Part shown: in pieces, positions 51,011-63,952 of the stretch
Layout: the number at the start of each line of letters is the position of its first letter
Numbering within the stretch: the stretch's first letter is position 1
From: Octopus sinensis
Lineage: Eukaryota
Direction: 5' to 3'
NCBI RefSeq assembly: GCF_006345805.1
Contig: NC_043001.1
Span: forward strand, 86,552,001-86,616,000
DNA length: 64,000 nucleotides
The notes under the pieces: generated by a model
Seen by the model: the letters and a program-made list of their open reading frames with translations, nothing else
Databases searched by the model: none
Told to the model about the DNA's origin: nothing
Position numbers and translations under genes: made by a program

Positions 51011-51927
51011 CAAACTTACTGTCTGAACTAGTTGTGTGCCATGTTACAATAGTGAACTGAATGAACATCCACACCACAAAAATATATAAAAAAAGCATTA
51101 TTTTAACATGGTGCACAAACCTTATATAAAACTGTAATAAATACAATTTGTCAACACACCCAGATGTCAGCAAAGAATGTAATAAAATATAGGTGTCTTG
51201 TAACAAAAATATCTGTCTTATCTTTGATTGTTTCTCAAATGACATTTGATTTTTGTGTTTAAAGTCAAACAAAATATCTTGTTCATTTTTTTACATAATT
51301 GATCTCTCAAGTAAATGAACCTGACATACTTTTTCTAATCTAAAACCTAATCATGTAAAGCCGCCATCTCACACTTTGTGAATAGTTTGAATGGATGTTG
51401 AATATTTGTATGAAAGAAACGACTGGCATTGCGTGGGTGGATAATAATCACGATATAATCATTTATGTTCTGGAATGTGTAATGAGGGATTGGTTATGTG
51501 TTTTGCACTTGTTTTTCCATGTTAGCATTGGTTAGACTATTATTGAGGCATTGTTTTACTGTTGGATGCCCTTTTTGTAGTCCTCTCCTTGTTTTTAAGT
51601 AAGGTTTCTTTTATTCCACACCAATTTGGCAGTGTAAAGCAAGTGAATGATTTGCAGTCAGAAATGATGACAACAGGACTACTCACAGCTTGTGACTTTC
51701 ATAGAGAGAAAATATAAAACACACACCCTCAGCTAACTTGTTTCAGCTTCCTTCTACCAAATTTACTTATAAAGTTTGGTTGGCCCAGGTCTATAATAGA
51801 AGAGAGTAGCTTGAGACTAAACCTAGAAATACATGATTGAGAAGCTAATTTTTTAACTACATAGGCATGCCTTTGTCTCTTAGATAATAAAAAGTCAAAA
51901 GCAAGAAAAATTTTAGCTATGTGCATA

Positions 51928-52067
51928 GGCGCAGGATTGACTGTGTGGTAAGTAGCTTGCTTACCAACTACATGGTTTCTGGTTCAGTCCCACCGCAAGG
52001 CACCTTGGGCAAGTGTCTTCTTTAGCGTTAAGTGGATTCAGTTGACAGAAACTGAAAGAAGCCTGTC

Positions 52068-52109
<42 letters not shown>

Positions 52110-52320
52110 TTGTGTGTGTTTGTCCCCACCCCACCCCACTCCCATCACTTGACAGCTGATGCTGGTGTGTTTATGTCTCTGTAACTATATGGTTCAGCAA
52201 AAGAGACCAATAAGTATTAGGCTTTAAAAAAAAGTAAGTCCTGAGGTTGACCAAAACCCTTCAAAGCAGTACCCTAGCATGGCCACAGTCTGTTAACTGA
52301 ACTAAGCAAAGATAAAAGAT
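51928..52320 (+). mobile_element. SINE family B in gelsolin intron 1
   Basis: ggcgcaggattgactgtgtggtaag... Confidence 0.8.
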
Positions 52321-52919
52321 ATATATATCAAATGGATATCTTATAAAACTATTCCACACATACAATAACAACCATACCAACCTGACACACCTCCATCATC
52401 AGCTGCCCCACAGCAGCTGTTTATTATAAGTATCAGATTATGCAACATATGTACTAAATGCATTATCTATTATTTTTATTGATCTTGGAATGATCAATAA
52501 AATAAAATAAAATGTGGTCGGATTCAAATTCAGAATGTAGAGAGGTTCAATTAAATATTGAGAGGCATTTTAGCCAATACTATGCAGTTTCTGCCTGTCC
52601 TACCCTATGATGATAATAGTAATAATAATAATAATAATGATAATAATTAGATGACGACGAAGAAAAAGAGAGAGAAGGGGAGGGAATGGAACAAGAAATA
52701 GGAGGAGGAGGAGAGGGGAAAGAAAGTAGAGAAAGAAGAGGGAGTGGAACAAGAAATAGAAGGCAGAGGAGGAGGAGGAGATGGAAGAGAAAGAAGTACA
52801 AGAAGAAAAAAGAAGAGGAGGAGGTGGAGGAAAATGAAACTACTGCATGGGCAATACTTCAGAGAAATTGAAGGAAAAGACAAAATCAACACTTGGAGAT
52901 GGCTAAGAGAAAAGTGATC

Positions 52920-53260
52920 TAAAAGGATGCACTGAGGCATTGATATGCAGCACCCTGAAACAAGCTCTGAGAACTAATTACATCAAGTTCCAAATAGATA
53001 AGAGTAGCAAATTGCCCCTTGGTAGGGTGTGCAGCAGCAGAAATGAAACAATCTCACATATTGTGAGTGAGTGTAGCAAGCTGGCCCCCAAAGCACTACA
53101 AAGGGAGGCACAATAACGTGGCTAAGTTCGTCTACTGGAGGCTATGTGAACAGAGCACAGAAATGATACAAACATGAATCAGAAGGAGCTAACAAGAAAA
53201 AGGAGCATAAGATACTGTGGGATTGTACAATCTAATGTGACTCCCTAATTGAGGCTCACC
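52920..53260 (+). mobile_element. R4/Dong-type non-LTR retrotransposon C-terminal fragment
   Basis: QALRTNYIKFQID...RVC...ETISHIVSECSKLA / HYKGRHNNVAKFVYWRLC / KILWDCTI.CD, a CCHC knuckle ahead of an REL endonuclease; frameshifted. Confidence 0.75.
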
Positions 53261-54122
53261 AACACCTGTTGTCAAATAGTGGTAGGGCACAAACAAAGAT
53301 TCACACACAAACACACCCATATGTGCTTCTTTCAGTTTCCATCTACCAAAACTCCTCGCGAAGTGTTGGTTGACCTGAGATTATAGTAGAAACTTCTTGC
53401 CAAGATGCTACACTGTGGTACTGGACCTGGAATCATGTGATTAGGAAGCAAACTTATCACTATATAATATAATAATAAATGTGCCCTTTTTTTAAAGGCT
53501 CATGGGCCCGGTTTCTATTGTGTATGTGTTCCTCAGCTGGACAAGACGCCAGTCCATTGCAGCGTTACTCATTTTTGCCAGCTGAGTGGACTGGAGCAAC
53601 GTGAAATGAAGTGTTTTGCTCAAGAAAACAACACGTCACCCGGTCCAGGAATCGAAACCACAATCTTACGATCATGGTACTGACACCCTAACCACTAAGC
53701 CACGTGCCTCAACTCTTACTATACAGCCACAATAAGCATAAATTTAAACAGCAAAATGTTTTCCACTGTTAGCAGTTTGAGTCCTATAGAATATTCTAGT
53801 GTTTTAATATTTTGTGGAGCTTAGTTCAGTTCCCACTGTGGCTGTAATGTTAGCCAGATTAGAACTGGGTCTAGTTCAGTTTCTGCCTGAGTCACCCAAA
53901 TGTGATCAGTCATTCATTGCTATGTTTCATCATCAAGACTACTGGCGCATACAACTCAATATATACAACAAATGATTAAATTTGCAAATAACTCATTGAA
54001 ATAGCAGACAATGTAATTGAATCAGTTTATTCAGCAACAGCTTTTAAAGGCTGTATGTGAGGGAATGCATCAGATATAAGGAACTGTACAGCACATAAAA
54101 TTTGTTGGAGAACTACATTGCC

Positions 54123-54351
54123 TTAACTCTTTAGCATTCAAATTACTCTGCTAAATGTAATGCTTTATTTATTCATATTGTTTCAAAGTAATCATGCATT
54201 ATCTCGTTGGGTTAAGATTTCAATGATCTGACTGCTTGTTTTCAGAATGACATTGTAGGGTAGGTGTGAGAAGCTGGACCTGCTAGTTTTAACATGAAAT
54301 ATGTAGAATGTTTGAGCCAGTCATGGTCATGTTAAATGCTTAAAACGTTAA
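54123..54351. mobile_element. TTAA-flanked piggyBac-like MITE, second family
   Basis: ttaactctttagcattc...aatgct...ttaa; inverted relative at 56552-56784, fragments at 29960-30190, 55925-56020 and 58358-58580. Confidence 0.6.
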
Positions 54352-55063
54352 ACAACTCAATAGAAATATTTGGTCTGATTTTTAATCTATACAAATGGTT
54401 TAGGTTCACCATCATCATTGAAAGTCCAATGAACACACTGGCATTGTGGATGGTTTGACAGGATCTGATGAGACCTGCATCATTGTCTACTTTATGCATC
54501 AATGTCTACTTTGGCGTGGTTTCTATGGCTGTATGCTCTGTCTAACACCAAATACTTTACTGAATGTACTGGGTATTTTTTTTCCTAGCACCGGCATGAG
54601 TGATGGTTGCATCATAACTTGGAAGGTTAGGTCCTTAAAATAGCTTTAAAGTGGCTCCTATAACTGAGGGAGAACAGAGGAGAGTGGGCAATGATTCTAG
54701 GTTGGGGGATGAAGGGATAGCATGATGAGAGGATGGTGGGGCAGTTTAGAAGGTTACAGACGAAAGAGAAGGGATTCATGATTGGTGTTATTGAGAAAAG
54801 AAAGAGGGACAGAGACAAAAAGTAATAGGGTGGATTGTGTGAAAGGGTCAAGGGCTATCCAGGCTTACAAAGGATGAGTATAGACAGGTGTGAGAGAAAT
54901 GGAAGATAAAGAGTGTAATAGACTAGGGCAGAGAAGAATCCTGATCAAATTGTTCAGTCAATCGTTCAACAAAAGACAAACTAAAGATGAGTGAAATCAA
55001 ATAGTTGAATAACTTTTTTTACTTAATTTTTATTCTTTCACTTTAATTTTTTTTTTTTTAAAG

Positions 55064-55144
55064 GACTGGTAAAAGCTAAAAATTACCGCTGGAAAGATTC
55101 CAACTTGGCCTTGTTTGGCAGTGACCTGGAAAGACAAGTGAAAA
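55064..55144 (+). CDS. Gelsolin-like protein, coding exon 2 (GLVKAKNYRWKDSNLALFGSDLERQVK)
   Basis: Poly-T acceptor aag, donor gtaagt, 81 nt, phase 1-1. WKDSNLALFGSD motif of annelid/mollusc gelsolin-like proteins. Confidence 0.95.
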
Positions 55145-55431
55145 GTAAGTGAATTGAATATTTATATTGTGTGTGTGTGTGCATATTGGTCGGTTCTCTG
55201 TAGGAAGAAAAGCACATTTTTAAAGAAATTTTGAGCAGTTATACCTTTATATATAGCTGAGTTGTATAATATGGAATATAACTGGTCAGAGTGTTACCAT
55301 TTGTTTTACAGCTCCAATTGCACTTGGCAATAGGAGTCATCTATATTTCCAAGTGCAAAAGTAGGTGTGAAACCAATGGTAACTTTCTGACTAGTTATAT
55401 ACCATAACCAAGAATACACCACTCGCCCATA

Positions 55432-55469
<38 letters not shown>

Positions 55470-55470
<1 letters not shown>

Positions 55471-55805
55471 CAAAATTGAAATCGATCAACATCAATGGAA
55501 ATTGTAGCTGTGCCGGTGGCTCGTAAGAGAACCATCCGAACATGGCCGTTGCCAGCACCGCCCTGACTGGCCTCAGTGCCGGTGGCACGTAAAAAGCACC
55601 ATCCGATCGTGGCCGTTTGCCAGCCTCGTCTGGCACGTAAAAAGCACCCACTACACTCACGGAGTGGTTGGCGTTAGGAAGGGCATTCAGCTGTAGAAAC
55701 ACTGCCAGATCAAACTGGGCCTGGTGCAGACTTCTGGCTTCCCAGACCCCAGTTGAACTGTCCAACCCATGCTAGCATGGAGAGCGGACATTAAACGATG
55801 ATGAT
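55470..55805 (+). mobile_element. RTE 3' UTR-derived short copy
   Basis: ggcacgtaaaaagcacc repeats; ...cccatgctagcatgg...taaacgatgatgat end. Confidence 0.8.
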
Positions 55806-57068
55806 ATACACTGTTGTGTCTGGGGAGAATCATTCTCTTTTGGTGCCTTATAATTTAACACACCGGTAAAATTTCCACTTATTTCTTTATTTTTCTAAAA
55901 TTTTCATTGCGTCTTGCAACATTTTCAATGATGTGATTGTTTGTTTTCAGAATGACATTATAGGGTAGGTGTGAGAAGCTGGATCTGCCTGTTTTAACAT
56001 AAAATATGTAGAATGTTTGAACTAGAAAAATAAAAAAGAAATAAGTGGAAATTTTACCGGTGAGTGTGTTAAATTATAAGGTACCAAACGAGACTGACTC
56101 TCCCCAGACACAACAGAATATGCTTCAACATGCGAACTCACATAAAAGATCTTGCAAACCAATCCAAAAACGAAACTGGTTTTGATTTGCTTACATCCCT
56201 GCAAATTAGCAGTTCAGCAAGAGAACTGATAAAATAAGTACCAGATTTAAGGAATAAATGCTGGATTTAATTTGCTTGACTACTCCCTTCAAGATGTTAT
56301 GCCCCAACTTTGCCACAGCCCAAGGGCTGCAAAAAGTAAAAGAAAGAATATATATATATAAACACACACACGCACACATATGCATGCATGCGTAAATAGC
56401 ACAGATTTCATCTAATTTCAGTCAACCATATTCACTCACAAGGCATTAAGCTATAATAGATGACACTTACCCAATGTTCTGCACTATTGGATTAAACCAT
56501 GAAATCATAGTTGCAAAGTGATCCTCTTAATAACATAGTTAAGCTTGTGCCTTAACCCTTCAGCATTTAAACTAGCCATATCTGGTCCAAATATCCTACC
56601 TGTTATATGTTCAAACTGGCCAGATATAGCCTCTCGCAACTACTCTTACAATGTGATTCTAACAATAATAAACTATCACATTATTGAAATCCTCAAGCCT
56701 ATAAGATAATGCAGGATTTGTTCAAAACAATATGAATAAATAAGCATTTCATTTGATAGAGTAATCTGGATGATAAAGAATTAAAAGTAAAAGGGGTATT
56801 TTATTCTGTTGTGTCTGGGGAGGGTCATTTTCTTTTTGTGCCTTATAATTTAACACACTCACTGGTAAAATTTCCACTTATTCCTTATTTTTATTTTCCT
56901 AAAATTTTCGTTGCATCTTGCAACCTTTTCAATAGTCTATTGCCATCATGGATCACAGTTTTGAAATTTTGGGAACCTACCACTCCCTCCAGTGTGTTAA
57001 TTATATAAACCTATTTGTAAGATTCACAGTAGTTACATTTCCACTATTATTGTTTTGTTATTCTTCAG

Positions 57069-57142
57069 AGGAATCTGCACAGACAGAACCAGCATGGGAA
57101 GGAGCTGGAAGTAAAGTTGGTGTGCAAGTCTGGAGAATTGTG
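57069..57142 (+). CDS. Gelsolin-like protein, coding exon 3 (KESAQTEPAWEGAGSKVGVQVWRIV)
   Basis: ttcttcag acceptor, gtaagg donor, 74 nt, phase 1-0. Start of gelsolin domain 1 (G.Q.WRI). Confidence 0.95.
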
Positions 57143-57346
57143 GTAAGGATTTCACTAATTTCTATATAATTTGTACTTTTGATGAATCTTTAAAACTATA
57201 AATAATGAATCATACTGAAATAAAGTGACTTTGGAATTTTACTGCTATTATTCTATATAATCACTTCACTGCACACCGAGGGGACTCCTACCTCATTGCT
57301 TTCATAACATATATAAAACACATGTAACATCTTATATGCATGCACG

Positions 57347-57555
57347 ATGTCTCATACGTCTATGATATCTTGTACACATCTGTAATGTTTCATACATGTG
57401 CCTGGTATCTTGTTCACATGTGTGGCATTTCATACATGTGCATGAATTTTGTACATGTGCACAACATCTCATACTCATGTGCAACATCTCATACATATAT
57501 ACAGTATCTCGCACACGTTTGCAGCATCTCATACACGTGTGTGACATCTCATATT
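57347..57555. repeat. Degenerate 20-bp periodic repeat (consensus approx. tctcatacatgtgtgcaaca), about 10 units
   Basis: Period read by eye. Confidence 0.65.
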
Positions 57556-58713
57556 CAATTGTAACATACACATGGATTATTGCATGCACATATGCACATT
57601 ACAATGCACAGAATACATCATTGCGTGCACACACACATAACACTACATGTGAATATCCCATATTCATAACATACACATGTACAATGATCCACACATAACA
57701 TCACATGCATATAACATTTTGCTTATACATATATAGCATACATTTCACACATTCGCATATTGTTCCTTCTCGAGCCATGCCTGACTCGTTAGGACCGGTT
57801 TCCTTGGCGTATAGGTTCCCCATCTGGATGGGACGCCGGTCCGTCACAGGTGAGCTGCAAGATGCAGGAGGAAAGAGTGAGAGAAAGTTGTGGCGAAAGA
57901 GTCAGCAGAAGTTCGCCATTACCTTCTGCCGGAGCCACATGGAGCTTAGGTGTTTCGCTCATAAACACACACATCGCCCGGTCTGAGATTTGAACCCATG
58001 ATTCCTCAACTGCAAGTCCGCTGCTCTAACCACTAGGCCATGTGCCTCCACACATACACTTGCACATGTAACATCACATCCAATGCACATATCATCTAAA
58101 TGTGACATCAAACACAAACAAGTTAATAACATTACATGCACACATGCATATACACAAACCAAGACAGACTGTAGGTTATCATAAACTCAATCTGTTGGTT
58201 ATCCCTGAATATTTGGTCAGGGAAATATGCGACACAGCCTTGTGCCATAAATCTCTTCATACTGGTGATAAGCTATTTATCATAAAGAATATTTTATCTT
58301 TTACTGGTTTCAGTCATTAGACTGCAACCATGCTGAGGCACAGCCTTGAAATGTTTAAACTCTTAGCATTCAGATTATTCTCTCAGAAGTAATGCTTATT
58401 TATTCACATTGGTTTGAATTAAGCATGCATTATTTTGTAGCTTCAAAATTTCAATGATGAGATTTTTTATTTTTAGAATGACATTGCAGGGTAGGCATGA
58501 GAGGCCAAATCTGTCCTGTTTAAACATGAAACAGGTAAAATACTTTGGCCGGATATGGCCAGAGTAAATGCAAAATGTTTAATCAAACAAATCGACCCCA
58601 GTAATCTGGTAATCATTCTACTGGCCCCTTTGACCAAACTGCTAAGCTACAGGGATGTAAACAAACCAACACTGGTTGTCAAGCAGTACTGGAGGACAAA
58701 GATACATACTTAT

Positions 58714-58755
<42 letters not shown>

Positions 58756-59046
58756 CAGACTTCTTTTAATTTCCATTTACCATATCCACTGACAAGGCTT
58801 TAATTGACTTGGGGCTAAAGTAGAAGATACTTGTTTGAGGTGCCACATAGTGGGACTGACCCTGAAATGATGTAGTTAGAAAGCAAACTTCTTAGAACAG
58901 CCACATCTGCTTAAATACTTTACAAACTGACACAGAGTCATAAAAATTAGCTGGAAGTTTGAAATTAAAATGTTTACTTGAACGGCTCTCTTTCAAATAT
59001 TTATTTTGTTGACATCTACATTATACATATTTTGTTCTTATTTCAG

Positions 59047-59121
59047 AAATTTGAAGTCACTCATTGGCCAGAAGAGGATTATGGCTCATTCTACAATGGT
59101 GATTCCTACATTGTCCTCAAT
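59047..59121 (+). CDS. Gelsolin-like protein, coding exon 4 (KFEVTHWPEEDYGSFYNGDSYIVLN)
   Basis: tttcag acceptor, gtatgt donor, 75 nt, phase 0-0. YG.FY.GDSYIVL gelsolin G1 motif. Confidence 0.96.
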
Positions 59122-59439
59122 GTATGTAAATATAAAGCTCTTTATTTTATTGCATTTGGTTTTACATTAGATTTTCTATGCTAGTATGAGTAAGAGTATA
59201 TTACTGAGGTATTGATTTTACAGCTGAACAGCATCCCTGTTGCTACATTTTATCTGTTTTACAAGCCTTTCACCCACACCCACCACTACCATAAACGCCA
59301 TGGCTTCAAAGGTGCAAAGCAAGTGGTTATTCGTTTGCAGGAAAAGTGACAATAGCACTCAGCATTGCCTGTAGACTGAAACTTCCAAAGAGCACAAATG
59401 TAAACAAACACACACATATACACACACACTACCTACACC

Positions 59440-59665
59440 CTCGCCATTTGCCAGACTCGTCTGGCACCTGTGCCGGTGACACGTAAAAAGCACCCACTAC
59501 ACTCACGGAGTGGTTGGCATTAAGAAGGGCATCCAACCGTAGAAACATTGCCAGATCAGACTGGGTCTGGTGCAGCCTTCTGGCTTCCCAGACCCCAGTT
59601 GAACCGTCCAACCCATGCTAGCATGGAAAGCGGACGCTAAACGATGATGATGATGATGATGATGA
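59440..59665 (+). mobile_element. RTE 3' UTR-derived short copy
   Basis: Same 3' end with (gat)n tail. Confidence 0.8.
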
Positions 59666-60034
59666 AATTAGAGATAAAGCCACAATTATGCAACTCAGAC
59701 AGTGATAGACATATAATAGTGGTTTTATCTCTAATTTATATTTTATATATTTATACTTTGAAATTTGATTTAATACTAAATTGAATTTTTCCCTATAAGT
59801 TTGGAGTTGTACTCCCTAATATTATTATTTTATATATATATTCTTTTAACTTTTTACTTGTTTCAGTCATTTGCTGGAGCACCACCTTTAATTGAAGAAA
59901 TTAACCTCAGGACTTTGTAAGCCTAGTACTTTGTCTATCAGTCTCTTTTGTCGAACTGCTAAATGCATCAGCATCAATTGTGAAGCGGTGGCAGGTGACA
60001 AACATAGACATACACATAAATATATATATATATC

Positions 60035-62620
60035 TCATCATTTAATGTCCACTTTCCATGCTGGCATAGGTTGGATGGTTTGACGGTTTGACTTGAGGGC
60101 TGGCAAACCAGAAGGCTGCACCAGGCTCCAATCTGATCTGGCAAAGTTTCTACAGCTGGATGCCCTTCCTAATGCTAACCACTCTGAGAGTGTAGTGGGT
60201 GCTTTTATGTGCCACTGGCATGAAGGCCAGTCAGATGGTACTAGCATCGACCACGCTCAAATGGTGCTTTTTACGTACCACTTGCACAGGAGCCAATCAG
60301 CAACCCTGGCAACAATCATGCTCGAATAGTGCTTTTAACATTCCACTGGCACAGGTGCCAATCAGGTGGTGCTGTCAATAGCCATGACAGTGATTTCGAT
60401 TTCACTTACCTCAACAGGTCTTTGCAAGCATAGTTTTTTGTCCAATGTTTGAAGGGTACTCTTAAATGGACTGGTTATACAGCACTGGCATAGGCCACGG
60501 GTTATGGTCTCACTTGGCTTGCTGGGTCTTCTGAAGCACAGCATAATCTCTAAAGGTCACGGTCACTAGTTATTGCCTTGGTGAGGCCCAGTGTTCGAAG
60601 GTTGTGCTTCTCTACCTCATCCCAGGTCTTCCCCTTCCACAGGTTTCCTCAACTGCTAGGGTGTGATACTTTTTCACACAGCTGTCCTCATCCATTTGCA
60701 ACACATTACCGTACCAGAACAGTCGTCTCCCTTGCGCACCACATCTGATGCTTCTTGAATCCAACTTTTCTCTTAGGGTGCTTACACTCTGTCGTGTATG
60801 CAGACTGACGTTACACATCCAGCGGAGCATACTGGCTTCATTCCTTGCAAGCTTACACATGTCCTCAGCAGTCACACTCCATGTTTCACTGCCATGTAGC
60901 ATGGCTGTTTGCACACATTCGTCATACAGTCTACCTTTCACTTTGAGCAAGAGGCACTTTGTCACCAGCAGAGGTAGGAGCTCTCTGAACTTTGCCCTGG
61001 CTATTCTTATTCTAGCCGCTACACTTTCAGAGCATCCACCCCTGCAACTGACTTGGTCTCCTGGGTAACGGAAGCAATCAACTACTGGAATGTGACGGAA
61101 GCTGTTCTCTACACATTTTCAGTGTTTATAGCTCTTGAGCATTTGCCACAAACAAAAACTATCTTCCCAGTTAGCCTTCCATTGATATTACTGCACCTCT
61201 TATGTATCCATAGATTACACTGGGTACATCTTATGGAGTTTCTACCTACACCTTTTCTACAGATGGAGCAGGGCCATCTATCTAAAGAGATTTGTGGTTT
61301 GTCTGCCTTCCTTCTTATTAAGACTTTGGTTTTAGCTAGGTTGATTCTAAGGCCCTTCGATTCTAATCCTTGCTTCCACACTAGTGACTCAGTAATTAGA
61401 GCAAGGTCATCAGCATAGAGGAGCTCCAAGGGGCAACCTGTCTTGAATTCTTCTGTTATTGCCTGGGGGATTATGATGAATAAGAAGGGACTGAAGACTG
61501 ATCCCTAGTGGACCCCTACTCCTACCCGGAATTCTTTACTGTACTCATTACCAACCCTTACCTTACTGACTGCATCCCTGTACATGACTTGTACAGCTCT
61601 CACTAACCATTCATCTATCCCTAGTTTCCTCATTGACCCTATCAAAGGCTTTCTCCATGTCAACGAAAGCCAGGTACAGAGGTTTATCTTTGGCTAGGTA
61701 TTTCTCCTGCAGCTGCCTTACCAGAAATATAGTATCAGTGGTGCTTTTCCCTGGCACAAACCCAAACTGCATCTCATCTAGGCTGACTCTCTCCCTAATT
61801 AGTTGGGCTATGACCCTCTCTGTTACTTTCATTACCTGATCCAACAACTTGATACCTCTAATTATTTGTATCTAATGCGACACCTTTACCTTTGTAGCAG
61901 TTGACTATGGTGCTGCTACACCAGTCATTGGGTATGACTACTTCATGTATCACCTGGTTGACTATACTGGTGACTAGGCTATAGCCGACACCACCCGATA
62001 TTTTGAGCATCTCTGCAGTGATTCCTGATGAGCTGAGGGCTTTCCCTGTCTTCATACCCTTAACTGCTTTATCTACCAAGGTACTGTCAGTTCAGATAGC
62101 TGGTCTCTCAGTTGAGTCGACATTCAGCAGACTTTATTTCTCCCATTCATTTTGCAACCTTTCATAGTGATGTCTACAAGTCTCTCTCTTTGCAGCCTCG
62201 TTTAATGCAAGTGAACCATCATCCATATGGACACGTTTCTCTCCTATGACATCACGATTCTCTCTCACGTACTGTCTTGCAACACAAAGCACCTCAAGTC
62301 CTTGGTCCTCACGACAAAGAACATTGGCTTATTTTTTCTTATCTGCTTCCCCTCTGTCTCCTAGCTTCCCTTCTGGCACTCTTATACAATTCCATGCTAC
62401 CACCGTTCTTCCAGTCCTTCCATGCCTGCTTCTTTTCCCTAGTGGCCCTGTCAACTACATTGTCCCACCACCACGTTACCTTGGATCAAGAGGGGACTTT
62501 GCACCATCCACAGATCTGGTCAGTAGCCCTCAACAGGTTGTCAAAAGCTTTGAGTAATACGTCTCTAAATCTCTGTCCATTCACTTGACAACCTGTGTTG
62601 GTGAGTTTATATCCCCATTA
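60035..62620 (-). mobile_element. 5'-truncated RTE LINE (RT domain to 3' UTR), antisense in gelsolin intron 4, with frameshifts and stops
   Basis: LDEMQFGFVPGKSTTDTIF..RQLQEKYLAK..YLAFVDMEKAFDRV and ELLYADDLAL; 3' UTR with tggcacgtaaaaagcacc subrepeats and (gat)n tail. Confidence 0.92.
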
Positions 62621-63055
62621 CTTAGCAGTTTGACAAAAGAGACTGATACACTAAGCTTCAAGCTTATTTTAAAAATATATCCTGGGATTGATTCATCTGA
62701 CTAAAATATCAAGGCAGCAGTGATTCAGCATGATCACCATCTGACACAAGCAAGTAAAAGATAAAATGTGTATTTATACACTGTTTTTCAATGTCTATGT
62801 TTACAGCCATTATATATATATATATATATATATATATTGCAAAGATAATCTGGAACTCGACTGAGGAAAGAAAACTACGAATGACCCATCCTTGTTTTCT
62901 TTGTATCGTCTGTCTGGATGTTTTGTCCCTTTTTTGTATCACTTAACTGTCTGGATGTTTTGTGTTCTTGTCCCATTTTTGTATTTTACACACACACACA
63001 CTAAATTTTTGTTATATTTTTTCCATAAAAGTTTTTTTTCTTCCTCTAATTGCAG

Positions 63056-63127
63056 ACTTACACTGTTGATGACTCTGAAGATCTTAAGTATGATGTTCAT
63101 TTCTGGATTGGTAAAGATAGTTCTCAG
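63056..63127 (+). CDS. Gelsolin-like protein, coding exon 5 (TYTVDDSEDLKYDVHFWIGKDSSQ)
   Basis: ttgcag acceptor, gtaata donor, 72 nt. YDVHFWIG motif. Confidence 0.95.
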
Positions 63128-63952
63128 GTAATAAATACTTCTAATTGGTAATCTATATTCTCTACAGCTATTATTGGGTTAATCATTCAATTGCATTTTG
63201 TATTTGTTAGGAAATCAACTTTTATAATTACTTTTACATAACCCTCTATTTTTTTTTAACAAATAGAATAAACAATAGTATCATGTGACCTTCTTAGCCA
63301 TGCAATATACACCACAGTTCAAGGAAATAAGATCACTTAAAGGTTATGGGTTCATTCCCTGCTAAAGGTAGGAATTGAAAAACAGCAGGAGGACACCTTT
63401 GAGTCATGACCTAGGTGAACCTGGTTCCATTACAGTGTCTGGAACTAGTAGACTGAAACACTTGCTTGACAGAAATTCTTCCTCTGAAGATATCTCCCTT
63501 TGTCTACTTGCCCAATAACAACTTATCACTTCCTACAGTATTAAATGCCTTTAATAATTTTACAGTCCACTAAACCATTAAATACCCTTAAAAAACCCTT
63601 TTTAACATTTTGAAATTATTCAAGAGGTTAATTAAAATAAAGTAAAAGTACTTTTAAACATATAACTCCTGTAATTTTAAAACTGATAAGAAAACTTACC
63701 TTTTAATTTTACTTAATGTATATGTAGCTGCTGGCATGGCTATGTGGTTAAGAAGCTCACTATGCAACCATGGTATTTTGGGTTCAGTCCCACTGTGTGG
63801 CACCCTGGGGAAGTTCTATATTGGTCAACCTATATCTTATGAGTGAATTTGATGATCAAACTATGGAAGCCCATTATATGTATAACAGAAATAACTAATA
63901 TTTTAAGGACAAAATATTATTGGATAGTGATTATTTTTGTTTAATTTTTTAG

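Noticed and set aside
52580-52940. Low-complexity Pro/Ser/Leu and Glu/Arg ORFs
   Set aside because: Purine-rich simple repeat.
62840-62990. CTGAGGA...-containing repeat as a third hammerhead
   Set aside because: No stem II or correctly placed GAAA; just a short internally duplicated repeat.
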